Shown here in pieces: positions 1-9,657 of a DNA stretch of 64,000 bases. The stretch covers positions 14,086 through 78,085 of the forward strand of contig FR903540.1 of assembly GCA_000438075.1 (NCBI GenBank). Reading direction: 5' to 3'. The notes beneath the pieces were generated by a model. It had not been told where the DNA came from and made no database searches. It saw only the letters and a program-made list of their open reading frames with translations. Made by a program: the position numbers and the translations under genes. How positions within the stretch are numbered: position 1 is the first letter of the stretch; each line of letters opens with the position of its first letter. This DNA is from Clostridium sp. CAG:609 (GTDB taxonomy: Bacteria; Bacillota_I; Bacilli_A; RF39; UBA660).

Positions 1-246
1 ATAAATTCTTTCTGTTTAATGCAGAAGGATTTTTTTATAAGTGATAATTAAAAAATGTTTATCTGTATACATACAGATAAACATTACCAATAATAAAAAG
101 TAGCATTAACACAACGTGCTTCCTTTTCTGTATTAATATTAGCACATTTTTTACTAAAAATCAATATTTTTCTTAAAAGTTTACATTATAAGAATATAGT
201 TTATGAGGTATTTTAATATGATTTTCTTAAAATGTAATTATCTTTA

Positions 247-275
247 TTGTACGTTTTGAAAGTTTATGCTATAAT
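247..275 (+). promoter_or_regulatory. putative sigma-A-type promoter of tkt
   Basis: TTGTAC (247-252), 17-nt spacer, TG-extended TATAAT (270-275), followed by RBS GGAG and ATG at 304. Confidence 0.4.
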
Positions 276-303
276 CTTATTATCGTATAAGGAGTGGTAA
301 GTT

Positions 304-2304
304 ATGGGTAAGTTAGATGAAGCTGCCTTGAATAGTATTAAAGTTTTAGGACTTGATATGATTGATAAAGCAAAGAGTGGACATCCGGGTATAGTTTTGG
401 GTGCTGCTGCAATTATGTATGCTTTATATAAAGATCATTTGGATGTTATTCCAAGTAATCCGAATTGGATAAATAGAGATAGATTTGTTATGTCTAGTGG
501 ACATGGATCTGCTTTATTTTATTCAACATTATATCATTTTGGATATGATATTGATGTTGAAGAGTTAAAACATTTTAGAGATTTAAATTCTTTGACACCT
601 GGGCATCCAGAGTATAGGGTTACACCTGGTGTTGATGTTTCTACTGGTCCACTTGGTCAAGGAATTGGTATGGCTGTAGGTATGGCTTTAGCGGAAAGAT
701 ATCTTCGTTCAATTGTAAATATCGAGGATAAAAAATCATCATTAATTGATTACTATACATATTGTTTATGTGGTGATGGTGACTTGATGGAAGGAATAAG
801 TTATGAAGCTTTGAGTTTTGCAAGTCGTCAAAATTTAAATAAGTTAATATTGTTATATGATAAAAATGATGTATCACTAGATAGTAAAACTGATGTTACT
901 TTTGATGAAGATATTGAAATACGTTTTGAAGCATTAAATTTTAATATAATTAATGTTAAATATGGTGATGATTATAAAGAAATATCTAGAGCTATTAAGA
1001 ATGCTAAGAAAAGTGATCGACCATCAATTATTATTTGTCACACAATTATTGGAGAAGATTCTAAGCTAGAAGGCACTAATAAAGTACATGGAAAGCCTTT
1101 AGATAGTGATGATTTAGCAAATATTAAAAAAGAATATAAGATTACTAATGATCCTTTTGTAGTTGATAAAGACATACTTAATTATTTGAGGAATGATATT
1201 AATAAGAGAGTATCAAAGAAGTATTTAGAATGGCAAGAAGAATATGCAAATATAAAGAGTGAAAATGAAAATTTACATGCTTTAATTAATTTGCTTGAAA
1301 GAAATGCTTTTGTAATTGATTTTGATGATACAAAATTTAAAATAAGTGATGAATATAAGGAAGCTTTAAGAGATTCTAATCATAAGATTATGAATTTTAT
1401 ATCACCGAAGAGTCCATTTTTCTTGGGTGGTTCTGCGGATCTTTCATCGTCATGTAAAACTAATTTAGATAAATCAACTATTCAAAGTGAAGATAATCCG
1501 GTTGGCAAAAATATTTATTTTGGAGTTAGAGAACATGCAATGGGGGCAATCCTTAATGGTATGGCTTTATCAAATTTAAAAGTTTTTGGCTCTACATTCT
1601 TAGCATTTTCGGATTATTTAAAACCGGCGATTAGAATGTCTGCTTTAATGAATTTACCTGTTACATATATTTTTACACACGATTCAATATATGTCGGTGA
1701 AGATGGACCAACACATGAACCAGTTGAACAACTAACTATGCTAAGAGCAATACCTAATTTTATTACATTTAGACCTGCAGATATAAATGAGATAATGGGT
1801 TCTTGGGAATATATTCTTAAAAATAATTGCCCAACAGCATTAGTTATTAGTAAAGAAGAGCGAAGTAAACAAAAAAATACAAACGCTAAGTTTGTTAAAT
1901 ATGGTGCTTATATGGTTAGAAAAGAAAAGTATCATTTAGATGGAATAATTATTGCAACTGGTCAAGAATTAGAAATGGCAATGGATATATCTCGTGAATT
2001 ATTTACATTAGGTATTGATACGAGAGTGGTATCTATGCCAAGTATGGAGTTATTTTTGAAACAAAATCCTAAGTATGAAGAACAGTTACTTCCAAAAGAT
2101 GTTCCAACATTTGTAATTGAGGCAGGTTCAAGTTTAATATGGAATAGATTTGCCACTAGACCTGATTATATTTTCGGAGTAAATAAGTTTGGAATGAGTG
2201 GAAAAACTAGTGATGTTGTTAAGTATTTAAAGGTGGATAAAAATACAATTTTGGAACATATTCAAAATATTTTAAAAAAAGATGATGTTATCGACATAAT
2301 CTGA
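304..2304 (+). CDS. tkt: transketolase
   Basis: 666 aa; ThDP-binding motifs SGHPG and GDGDLMEG; full-length transketolase layout; RBS AAGGAG upstream. Confidence 0.95.
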   Translation: MGKLDEAALNSIKVLGLDMIDKAKSGHPGIVLGAAAIMYALYKDHLDVIPSNPNWINRDRFVMSSGHGSALFYSTLYHFGYDIDVEELKHFRDLNSLTPGHPEYRVTPGVDVSTGPLGQGIGMAVGMALAERYLRSIVNIEDKKSSLIDYYTYCLCGDGDLMEGISYEALSFASRQNLNKLILLYDKNDVSLDSKTDVTFDEDIEIRFEALNFNIINVKYGDDYKEISRAIKNAKKSDRPSIIICHTIIGEDSKLEGTNKVHGKPLDSDDLANIKKEYKITNDPFVVDKDILNYLRNDINKRVSKKYLEWQEEYANIKSENENLHALINLLERNAFVIDFDDTKFKISDEYKEALRDSNHKIMNFISPKSPFFLGGSADLSSSCKTNLDKSTIQSEDNPVGKNIYFGVREHAMGAILNGMALSNLKVFGSTFLAFSDYLKPAIRMSALMNLPVTYIFTHDSIYVGEDGPTHEPVEQLTMLRAIPNFITFRPADINEIMGSWEYILKNNCPTALVISKEERSKQKNTNAKFVKYGAYMVRKEKYHLDGIIIATGQELEMAMDISRELFTLGIDTRVVSMPSMELFLKQNPKYEEQLLPKDVPTFVIEAGSSLIWNRFATRPDYIFGVNKFGMSGKTSDVVKYLKVDKNTILEHIQNILKKDDVIDII

Positions 2305-2351
2305 CAAATTATTTAAAGTCCTTGTGGTATCATTATTGTGGGTGATGAAAG

Positions 2352-2768
2352 ATGAGGACTTTTTATATTTTTAAAATTAATAGGGAAATGGGAATACTTC
2401 TTAAAGATAGTCCGTATAATTTATTTAAATCTTTAGAAGATATTTATTTACTTGATAAAAGTAATATTTCTTTAGGAAAGGATTTGTTGGATCAATTAAT
2501 TGTACCAATTGATAAGTTAAAGTATAATAAAATTATTTATGATATGAATAAAGATAATGATTTTTATATGAAAAGTGGTGACATGCATAAAATTGTTAAT
2601 AAATATCGTAAGGAAGAAACTGCGATTATAGTTAAAAATAGTCATATCTTGCTTAAAACAAACATAATAAGTAGAGATATTAAGAAATATTTACCAATTG
2701 AGGCAATGTTTGCATGTGATTTTTACAATAAAGATTACTTTTGGCTTGAACAATTGATACATTTATAA
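2352..2768 (+). CDS. sirA: SirA-like sporulation inhibitor of replication (YneE family), tentative
   Basis: 138 aa. Lies between tkt and yneF exactly as B. subtilis sirA(yneE) does. N-terminus (YIFKINRE...LF) and C-terminus (FACDFYNKDYFWL vs LAMDFNSKRYGWL) resemble SirA from memory. Confidence 0.5.
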   Translation: MRTFYIFKINREMGILLKDSPYNLFKSLEDIYLLDKSNISLGKDLLDQLIVPIDKLKYNKIIYDMNKDNDFYMKSGDMHKIVNKYRKEETAIIVKNSHILLKTNIISRDIKKYLPIEAMFACDFYNKDYFWLEQLIHL

Positions 2769-2797
2769 TAAAATATAAGTATGAAGGAGATAAAATT

Positions 2798-3007
2798 ATG
2801 GGTAAATTAATATTATATTTAGTTATAGGTATTATTATTGGTTTAATTATAGGTTTTTTCTTAGCAAGATTCTTTATGAAAAAAACTTTAGAAAAGAATC
2901 CGCCGATTAATGAAAAGATGATTGAAGCAATGATGTCATCAATGGGAAGAAAACCTAGTCAAAAACAAGTTAAACAAGTAATGGCACAAATGAATAGATT
3001 TAAATAA
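2798..3007 (+). CDS. yneF: UPF0154/YneF-family small membrane protein
   Basis: 69 aa; N-terminal TM helix followed by ...ARFFMKK...NPPINEKMI...MGRKPSQKQV, typical of YneF; synteny with tkt-sirA. Confidence 0.8.
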   Translation: MGKLILYLVIGIIIGLIIGFFLARFFMKKTLEKNPPINEKMIEAMMSSMGRKPSQKQVKQVMAQMNRFK

Positions 3008-3119
3008 TCTATTTTTTTGACAAATAATGTAGAAAATAGAATAAATTTTAAAAAAATATTTACTTTTGTTGCATAATTTGGTAAGATTTAAATATAGAGT
3101 AAAGAGGAGTGTATATTTT

Positions 3120-3956
3120 ATGATGGATTTTATATATGAATTGTATAAAAGTGATAATTTTGTAATGATACTAAGTATAGTGTTAGGTGTTTTAGTTCTT
3201 TTATTTGTTCTTGTCTTTATTTTTGGTAAAAAGGATCAAAAGTTAGAAGAAACTAAAAGGTTACAAAAGTTAGAAATGGATACTTTTAAGCAAGAAAAGA
3301 AAAATGATGATGTAAAATTAGAAGTTCCAGTAAGTGAAAGTGTTGTACCAGTTGCACCGGTTGAAGTGAGAACAGAACCAACACCAATAGAAGAAGAAAA
3401 ACCAATTAGTAATGAAGATGCTAATATGGTTGTATTTGAACCAGAAGAAAAACCAAGTATTATTCCTTTTGAAGATGAAGTTGAGAATAAAATACCAGTT
3501 ATGCCAAAACCTTTATTTTCTGATAATGAAGAAGAAGAAAGCCCAATAAGTATTAATGATTTACCAGTGTTAAATGAAGAAGATAAAAAAATGGAATCTG
3601 GTCTTAATACACTTGAAAGTATTAAAAATGAATTTGATAAAATTGAAATACCTGAAGTTAAAGATGAACCATTAATTAAGGAAGAGACGAGTGAGAAAGT
3701 ATTTAAACCTAGTCCACAAATATTTAGTTCGGTTTACGTAAATAAAAATGAAGAAAGTGTTACTAAATTAGATGATGAAGTTGTGAAACCTAAGAATAAT
3801 GATGAAGTAAGAACGAGCATTCCTGAAGTTAATGAAGAAGAAAGTAATAAATTATTTACAATTGAAGATGATGATGATATTGAACTTCCTACATTAAAGA
3901 GTGATGATAAACCAATATTATCTGATAATTTAGGTGAAACATACGAATTAAAATAG
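3120..3956 (+). CDS. membrane-anchored, highly acidic Glu/Pro/Val-rich protein (unknown function)
   Basis: Track ORF 3066-3956. ATG at 3120 follows RBS AAGAGGAG. One N-terminal TM helix, then a low-complexity acidic region. Confidence 0.6.
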   Translation: MMDFIYELYKSDNFVMILSIVLGVLVLLFVLVFIFGKKDQKLEETKRLQKLEMDTFKQEKKNDDVKLEVPVSESVVPVAPVEVRTEPTPIEEEKPISNEDANMVVFEPEEKPSIIPFEDEVENKIPVMPKPLFSDNEEEESPISINDLPVLNEEDKKMESGLNTLESIKNEFDKIEIPEVKDEPLIKEETSEKVFKPSPQIFSSVYVNKNEESVTKLDDEVVKPKNNDEVRTSIPEVNEEESNKLFTIEDDDDIELPTLKSDDKPILSDNLGETYELK

Positions 3957-4022
3957 AGGTAAAACTCTATTTTTTCTTTTAAAAATGTAAATATTGTTGT
4001 ATAATTTATTTGAGGGTGGATT

Positions 4023-4241
4023 ATGAAAAATGATTTTAAAATTTATTTAGTTATATTAGCTATTAGTATATTACTTTTGTTACTTGAAGTATTTATTTTA
4101 AAAATATCTGGAGTAATAGGTTTAACAATTTGTATTTTATCTGTTTATTTTATTGTGGGTTCAATTATTAGGTTAGTTAAATTATCTGGTTTTTTTAGTG
4201 ATGAAGTTATGGAAAGGTTAGATATATTGTTTTTTATATGA
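4023..4241 (+). CDS. small two-TM membrane protein
   Basis: 72 aa; RBS GAGGGTGG upstream; ATGA overlap with the next gene. Confidence 0.5.
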   Translation: MKNDFKIYLVILAISILLLLLEVFILKISGVIGLTICILSVYFIVGSIIRLVKLSGFFSDEVMERLDILFFI

Positions 4242-4996
4242 AATTTAAGAAAATTTATATTGAGATAACTAATGATTGTAATTTAAATTGTTATTTTTGT
4301 ATTCATAATAAAAGAGAAGTTAAGTATATGAGTATGGATGAATTTAAGATTGTTTTAGATAGGATAAAAGGATATACTAAATATATTTATTTACACGTAA
4401 TGGGTGAGCCTTTGATGCATCCGTTTATAAATGAATTTATTGATTATGCTAGTAAAGATTTTTTTGGTAATATTACAACGAATGGATATATGTTAGAAAA
4501 AGTAGTAAATAATAAAAATATTAGGCAAATTAATATATCTTTACATAGTGGTGTTAATATAGATAAAGTGTTTGAGTGTGTAGATATTTTAAGGAAAAAT
4601 ACAATAATTAACTATAGAATTTGGGTTAAAAATGATGGATTAATAGATAAACTTAAAAGTAAATATAATACAGATATTCGTGATGGTGTTAAGTTATGTG
4701 ATAATGTTTATGTTAGTATGAAGGAAGAATTTATATGGCCTGATTTAAATAATAATATAAATAATTCGTATGATGTGTGTTATGGGCTTAAGACTCATTT
4801 AGGAATACTTGTTGATGGCACAGTAGTTCCATGTTGCTTAGATAGTAAAGGTGATATTAATTTAGGCAATATATTTTCATCTAATTTGAGTGATATAATG
4901 AATTCTTTTAAGTATCAGAGTATAGAGAATGGTTTTAAAAATAATAAAAGAATAGAAGAGTTATGTAAACATTGTGGTTTTAATAAAGGGAGGTAA
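4238..4996 (+). CDS. radical SAM protein with C-terminal Cys cluster (SPASM/twitch-like)
   Basis: CNLNCYFC (CxxxCxxC) at residues 14-21; C-terminal CCLDSKGD...CKHCG. Confidence 0.8.
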   Translation: MKFKKIYIEITNDCNLNCYFCIHNKREVKYMSMDEFKIVLDRIKGYTKYIYLHVMGEPLMHPFINEFIDYASKDFFGNITTNGYMLEKVVNNKNIRQINISLHSGVNIDKVFECVDILRKNTIINYRIWVKNDGLIDKLKSKYNTDIRDGVKLCDNVYVSMKEEFIWPDLNNNINNSYDVCYGLKTHLGILVDGTVVPCCLDSKGDINLGNIFSSNLSDIMNSFKYQSIENGFKNNKRIEELCKHCGFNKGR

Positions 4997-4998
4997 CA

Positions 4999-6111
4999 AT
5001 GAATTTAGCGTGTAAAGATAGTGATGCAATTTATTTGAATGTAGAAGAAGAAAGAGATTTTAGAACACCTTTTTTTAGGGATATAGATAGAATACTATAT
5101 AGTTTATCTTTTCAAAGGTATATGGATAAGACACAGGTTTTTTCTTTTAAAGATAATGATCATTTAACAAAGAGAATGATTCATGTTTTGTATGTAAGTA
5201 AGATTGCTAGAACAATTGGAAGAGAACTTGGTTTAAATGAAGATTTAATTGAAGCAGGAGCTTTAGGTCATGATTTAGGCCATACTCCGTTTGGGCATGT
5301 TGGTGAGGCAATATTAAATGAGATAAGTGTTAGGGCTGGATGTGGATACTTTAATCATAATGTTCATAGTGTTAGACTTTTAATGAGTATTGAAAATCAT
5401 GGTAGGGGTAAAAATATTACTTTACAGACATTAGATGCTATTCTTTGTCATAATGGTGAACTTGTAATGGGTAAGTATGAACCAAGATGGAATAAAACTA
5501 AGGAAGAATTTTTAAGTGATTATGAAAAAACATATAAAGATAGAAGAGTATCTTTAGAGTTAATTCCAATGACTTTAGAAGGTTGTGTTGTTAGAATTAG
5601 TGATTTAATAGCTTACTTAGGTAGAGATATAGATGATGCTATTAGAATGAATCTACTTAAATGGAGTGATGTACCTAAGTCTATAACTAGTGTACTTGGG
5701 TTTAGCAATAGAGAAATTGTTAATACTATAATTAATGATGTAATAAATAATAGTAAAGGTAAAAAATATATTAAGTTAAGTGATGATGTTTATAAAGCAA
5801 TAAGTGATTTAAAAGATTTTAATTATAAGAATATATATGCAAAAGCTTATACTGTGGAAGAAAAGTGTATGTTAAAGACTATGTTAAATACATTATATGT
5901 AACATATATGAGTGACTTAGAAAATAATAATCAAGATAGTAATATAATTAAATCTTATTTAAATAATATGAGTTTAGAATATAAGAAAAATAGTAATGAG
6001 AGAATAGTAATTGATTATATTGCAGGTATGACTGATGATTATACATTAAAAGAATATAATAAAATAATTAAAAGTAAACATACTAATATAGAGGTGGAAA
6101 ATGAAATATAA
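4999..6111 (+). CDS. HD-domain dGTP triphosphohydrolase-like protein
   Basis: 370 aa; HDLGHTPFGH motif and DRILYS...F.RL-type N-terminus typical of the dGTPase family. Confidence 0.8.
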   Translation: MNLACKDSDAIYLNVEEERDFRTPFFRDIDRILYSLSFQRYMDKTQVFSFKDNDHLTKRMIHVLYVSKIARTIGRELGLNEDLIEAGALGHDLGHTPFGHVGEAILNEISVRAGCGYFNHNVHSVRLLMSIENHGRGKNITLQTLDAILCHNGELVMGKYEPRWNKTKEEFLSDYEKTYKDRRVSLELIPMTLEGCVVRISDLIAYLGRDIDDAIRMNLLKWSDVPKSITSVLGFSNREIVNTIINDVINNSKGKKYIKLSDDVYKAISDLKDFNYKNIYAKAYTVEEKCMLKTMLNTLYVTYMSDLENNNQDSNIIKSYLNNMSLEYKKNSNERIVIDYIAGMTDDYTLKEYNKIIKSKHTNIEVENEI

Positions 6112-7366
6112 AGAATATAAATGTAATTCATATAATGTTTATACTGTTAAAACAAACAGGTTTAAAACTAGTCATATTGAATTAATTTTTAGGGGTGAAG
6201 TAAAAAAGAATTTATTACCTGAGTTGGTATTTTTAGCAGATGTATTAAGTGAGTCAAGTAAGAATTATCCCAGTAAAAGAAGCTTGATGATTAGATTTGA
6301 AGAACTTTATAAAATATCTTGTTATGCTACATCTTTAAGAATAGGAAGTACAATGGATTTTCATGTTTCTTTAGATTTAATTAATCCAAAATATATAAAT
6401 GATGTAGATTATTTAGAAAATGCCATTAAGACTTTGTTTGAAATAGTTCTTAATCCAAATGTAGAAAATGAAGAATTTGATACCGTTATTTTTAATAATG
6501 TAAAAACAAGGCTATATAGAGAAATAAAGTCTTTGGAAGAAAATGATATGAAACAAAGTATAAAGAAAGCTTTTAAGTTAATGGATAGTGATTCTATTAC
6601 AAGTTATGATTTACTTGGTACTAAAGAACAACTTGATGAAATTACACCAGCTAGTTTATATAAAACTTATAAAAATTTACTTAAAAATTTTTCATCTGAT
6701 ATATTTGCTATCGGTGATATGGATATGGATAGTTTAGTTAAATTAATTAAGAAGTATTATAAAAATAGATATATTAATGAATTTACTTATAATTATTATG
6801 TAGATAATAAGGTACGTAATTCTGTTAAAAAAGGTGAAGAAATAGGAAGTAGTGTTCAAGCTAATTTAGTAATGTTATTTAATTTAGATAATTTAGAAAA
6901 ACGTGAAAGAGATATTACTATGCATGTATTTAATTATTTATTTGGTAGTGGTGGTTTAACATCAAAGTTATATCGAAGTATCAGAGAAAAATATAGTTTA
7001 TGTTACAATATAAATAGTTTATATTTAAAATATGATAAGTTATTATTAGTACATACTTCGCTAGAAAATGAAAATGTTTTAAAAGCAATTAATTTAGCAA
7101 AGAAGGATTTTAAAAGTATGCAACATGGAGAATTTACAACAGAAGAATTAAATGATGCAATAAGTAATATGCTTGTATCAATAGATATGTCTAGTGATAA
7201 TAATATATCAATAATAAATAATTATGTTTTTAAAGTTTATGATAATCTTCCTGATTTAGATGAAAGAAAGAAACTCTTTAAGGAAGTAACTAAAAGCGAT
7301 GTAATAAATGTTGCAAAGAAAATAAAATTAAATACAATATTTGTTTTAAAAGGAAAAGGGGAGTAG
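6101..7366 (+). CDS. M16 (pitrilysin/insulinase) family protein, non-catalytic subunit type
   Basis: 421 aa with M16-like layout but no HxxEH; overlaps the upstream gene and is coupled to the next M16 gene. Confidence 0.7.
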   Translation: MKYKEYKCNSYNVYTVKTNRFKTSHIELIFRGEVKKNLLPELVFLADVLSESSKNYPSKRSLMIRFEELYKISCYATSLRIGSTMDFHVSLDLINPKYINDVDYLENAIKTLFEIVLNPNVENEEFDTVIFNNVKTRLYREIKSLEENDMKQSIKKAFKLMDSDSITSYDLLGTKEQLDEITPASLYKTYKNLLKNFSSDIFAIGDMDMDSLVKLIKKYYKNRYINEFTYNYYVDNKVRNSVKKGEEIGSSVQANLVMLFNLDNLEKRERDITMHVFNYLFGSGGLTSKLYRSIREKYSLCYNINSLYLKYDKLLLVHTSLENENVLKAINLAKKDFKSMQHGEFTTEELNDAISNMLVSIDMSSDNNISIINNYVFKVYDNLPDLDERKKLFKEVTKSDVINVAKKIKLNTIFVLKGKGE

Positions 7367-7367
7367 T

Positions 7368-8648
7368 ATGGAAGAAATTGAATTAATTGGTATAGATGAA
7401 AAAATATATTATTATAAAACCAGTAGTGGTTTAAGAATTTATATGTGGGTTAATAAAAATGTTAAAAGTATGGAATCTTGTTTATGTGTTAAATATGGCT
7501 CAATACATACGAAGTTTAAAGTGGGTAAGAAAACTTATGAAGTGCCAAATGGAATTGCTCACTTTTTAGAGCATGTTAAGTTTAATGTAAGCGATGGTGT
7601 TACTGCTCATGATATTTTTTATAAGCTCGGAGCTGATTCAAATGCTTTTACTACTTTTGAATATACAAATTATTACTGTTTTACTACTGAAAATAAAAGT
7701 AAGGTAGTTTGTGAATTACTTAATTTTGTATATAATCCTTTTTTTACAAAGAAATTAATTGAAAAAGAAAAAGGTATTATTGTGGAAGAAGCAAAAATGG
7801 GGATTGATAACTCAAATACATTAATGTATTTTAATTCATTAAAAAGTGCTTTAGTTAAATCAAAATATAGAAATACCATAACTGGTACACCAGATGATGT
7901 TTTAAAAATTAGTTTAGATGATGTGTGTCTTGTTTATGATACATTTTATCATCCAGAAAATATGTTTATGGTAGTAACTGGTTCTTTTAATCCATATGAA
8001 ATTGCTAATGTTGTTGAAGAAAATTTAAATGAAAAAGAATTTCTAGAATATAAAAATCCTTTGGTTATTATGAATCAAGAACCTAAAAAAGTTGCAAAAA
8101 AATATAGTGAAGATGCTATAAATATAGGTAGTACTTGTATAAAAATGTTTATAAAGATGGATTTGAAACGTTTTAAAGATTATAATTTGTTAGAACTTTC
8201 GTATATTACTGATATTATATTTGCTATAAACATTGGTAAGACTTCAGAATTTAGAGAAAAATTAATTAATGATGGTGTTGTTACAACACTTGGGTTTGAT
8301 GTAAATTATTATGGTGATGTATTTTCCGTTATTATAAGTGCAAATACTAACTTCAAAAATGAATTTATTAAAAGAATAAATGATAAGTTAAATAATTTAT
8401 ATGTTGATGAAATAGATTTTTTAAGAAAGAAAAATGCTAATTTAGCAACTTATATACTTGAATATGAGGATATTGATAATATTTCATTAAAGATTCAAGA
8501 TAATATAATTAATTTTAATAAGCTTATTACTAATGAAAAAGAGATAATTGAAAAATTATCTATAGATGATGCAAATAGAGTATTAGAATTATTTGATTTT
8601 TCTAATATTTCAGTTAATGTATTTAAACCAAAGAAAAACCAAGATTAA
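7368..8648 (+). CDS. M16 family zinc peptidase
   Basis: 426 aa; inverted zinc motif HFLEH (GIAHFLEHVKF). Confidence 0.8.
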   Translation: MEEIELIGIDEKIYYYKTSSGLRIYMWVNKNVKSMESCLCVKYGSIHTKFKVGKKTYEVPNGIAHFLEHVKFNVSDGVTAHDIFYKLGADSNAFTTFEYTNYYCFTTENKSKVVCELLNFVYNPFFTKKLIEKEKGIIVEEAKMGIDNSNTLMYFNSLKSALVKSKYRNTITGTPDDVLKISLDDVCLVYDTFYHPENMFMVVTGSFNPYEIANVVEENLNEKEFLEYKNPLVIMNQEPKKVAKKYSEDAINIGSTCIKMFIKMDLKRFKDYNLLELSYITDIIFAINIGKTSEFREKLINDGVVTTLGFDVNYYGDVFSVIISANTNFKNEFIKRINDKLNNLYVDEIDFLRKKNANLATYILEYEDIDNISLKIQDNIINFNKLITNEKEIIEKLSIDDANRVLELFDFSNISVNVFKPKKNQD

Positions 8649-8667
8649 TAAAGTCTTGGTTTTAATA

Positions 8668-9270
8668 TTATCTGTTATAGAATTCAACGATTAATTGTTC
8701 ATTGATTTCTGGGTTAAGTTCACTTCTTTCAGGAAGTCTAACAAATTTACCAGATAATTTCTTTGTATCCATTTCTACGAATGCTGGAACTGTTCTTTTT
8801 TGTTCGATTGCATCAAGGATAGCTGGATGATTCATTGAAGTTTCTTTAACAGAAATTATATCACCAACTTTAGTGGTGTAAGAAGGAATGTTTACCTTTT
8901 TACCATTTACTAAGATATGTCCATGATTAACAATTTGACGAGCACTTCTTCTAGTTCTTGCCATTCCAAGACGATAAACCATGTTATCAAGTCTTGATTC
9001 TAGTAGGATAAGTAAGTTTTCCCCAGCAATACCATTCATTTTTGAAGCTTTTAAAAATACTTTGTGGAATTGTTTTTCATTTAATCCATAAAGAATTCTT
9101 ACCTTTTGTTTTTCTTGCATTTGGATACCATATTCACTTAACTTACGACGACGATCTTGTCCGTGTTGTCCGGGTGCATAAGGTCTTTTTGCTAACTCTT
9201 TACCATTTTCAAGAGTAGAAAAACCAAGTCTTCTTGATTTCTTATAAGCTGGTCCCGTATATCTTGCCAT
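8668..9270 (-). CDS. rpsD: 30S ribosomal protein S4
   Basis: [16 protein letters not shown]... is a canonical S4 N-terminus. Start trimmed to the ATG after RBS AAAGGAGA (track ORF extends to 9285). Confidence 0.95.
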   Translation of the reverse strand: MARYTGPAYKKSRRLGFSTLENGKELAKRPYAPGQHGQDRRRKLSEYGIQMQEKQKVRILYGLNEKQFHKVFLKASKMNGIAGENLLILLESRLDNMVYRLGMARTRRSARQIVNHGHILVNGKKVNIPSYTTKVGDIISVKETSMNHPAILDAIEQKRTVPAFVEMDTKKLSGKFVRLPERSELNPEINEQLIVEFYNR

Positions 9271-9430
9271 AAAATCTCCTTTCATTTTATTTGCAAAATA
9301 TTTATTTTGTTATATCTATCAAGTAGGGAGTTTAAATTAATTTTTCTAAGGCAGTCTTAGATACTTTATTCCATATAGGTTTAAACACATTATTTGTAGA
9401 TATAACTCTGCCTAAATAACTTGCAATGGT

Positions 9431-9460
9431 ATTATATAATAAAAATCTATGTTTTGTCAA
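9431..9460 (-). promoter_or_regulatory. putative rpsD promoter with ~150-nt leader
   Basis: Minus strand TTGACA (9460-9455), 18-nt spacer, TATAAT (9436-9431). The long 5' UTR is consistent with S4 autoregulatory leaders (established for B. subtilis rpsD). Confidence 0.45.
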
Positions 9461-9462
9461 TC

Positions 9463-9498
9463 AAAAAAGTACTTATTTTTTCAATAAGCACTTTTTTC
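9463..9498 (-). terminator. rho-independent terminator downstream of def (bidirectional hairpin)
   Basis: 10-bp stem 9468-9477/9483-9492 (one G-U on the minus-strand transcript), flanked by an A-run and a T-run. Confidence 0.5.
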
Positions 9499-9657
9499 AA
9501 TCTTTACATACACATAAGTATATAAAGAAGTCATCATTTTCTTCATCACAGGGCAATAAATGTATATTGTGTAGTCACTAGACTTGTAACAATAAAAATA
9601 TATTGCTTTGATAAAGTAGGGACAATATAAATATAACATATTTTTTTTGTTTTGTCA

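Noticed and set aside
641-877. Antisense or alternative-frame ORFs nested inside well-supported genes: 641-877 and 1962-2156 in tkt; 7673-7879 in M16; 18011-18208 in rpoB; 22628-22882 in rpoC; 25832-26071 in capA; 30849-31136; 32867-33073; 34106-34615 in the AI-2E gene; 36393-36575 in alaS; 45059-45292 in rel; 47539-47721; 49678-49890; 50982-51479 and 52388-52606 in the two-component genes; 54883-55131; 61412-61609 and 61978-62187 in aspS
   Set aside because: Each lies wholly within a longer ORF that has clear family motifs. They lack RBSs and have the low-complexity Ile/Leu/Phe/Asn composition expected from reading AT-rich coding DNA on the wrong strand or frame.
4023-4241. The 72-aa ORF upstream of the radical SAM gene as a RiPP precursor peptide
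   Set aside because: It is predicted to be two hydrophobic TM helices with no leader/core organisation or Cys/Ser/Thr-rich core. It is more likely a small membrane protein.
9481-9639. 52-codon Tyr/Cys-rich ORF (MLYLYCPYFIKAIYFYCYK...) on the minus strand in the def 3' region
   Set aside because: No Shine-Dalgarno precedes it (only an A-run). Its stop lies inside the def terminator hairpin. The composition looks like a by-product of AT-rich sequence. I keep it only as a remote possibility.
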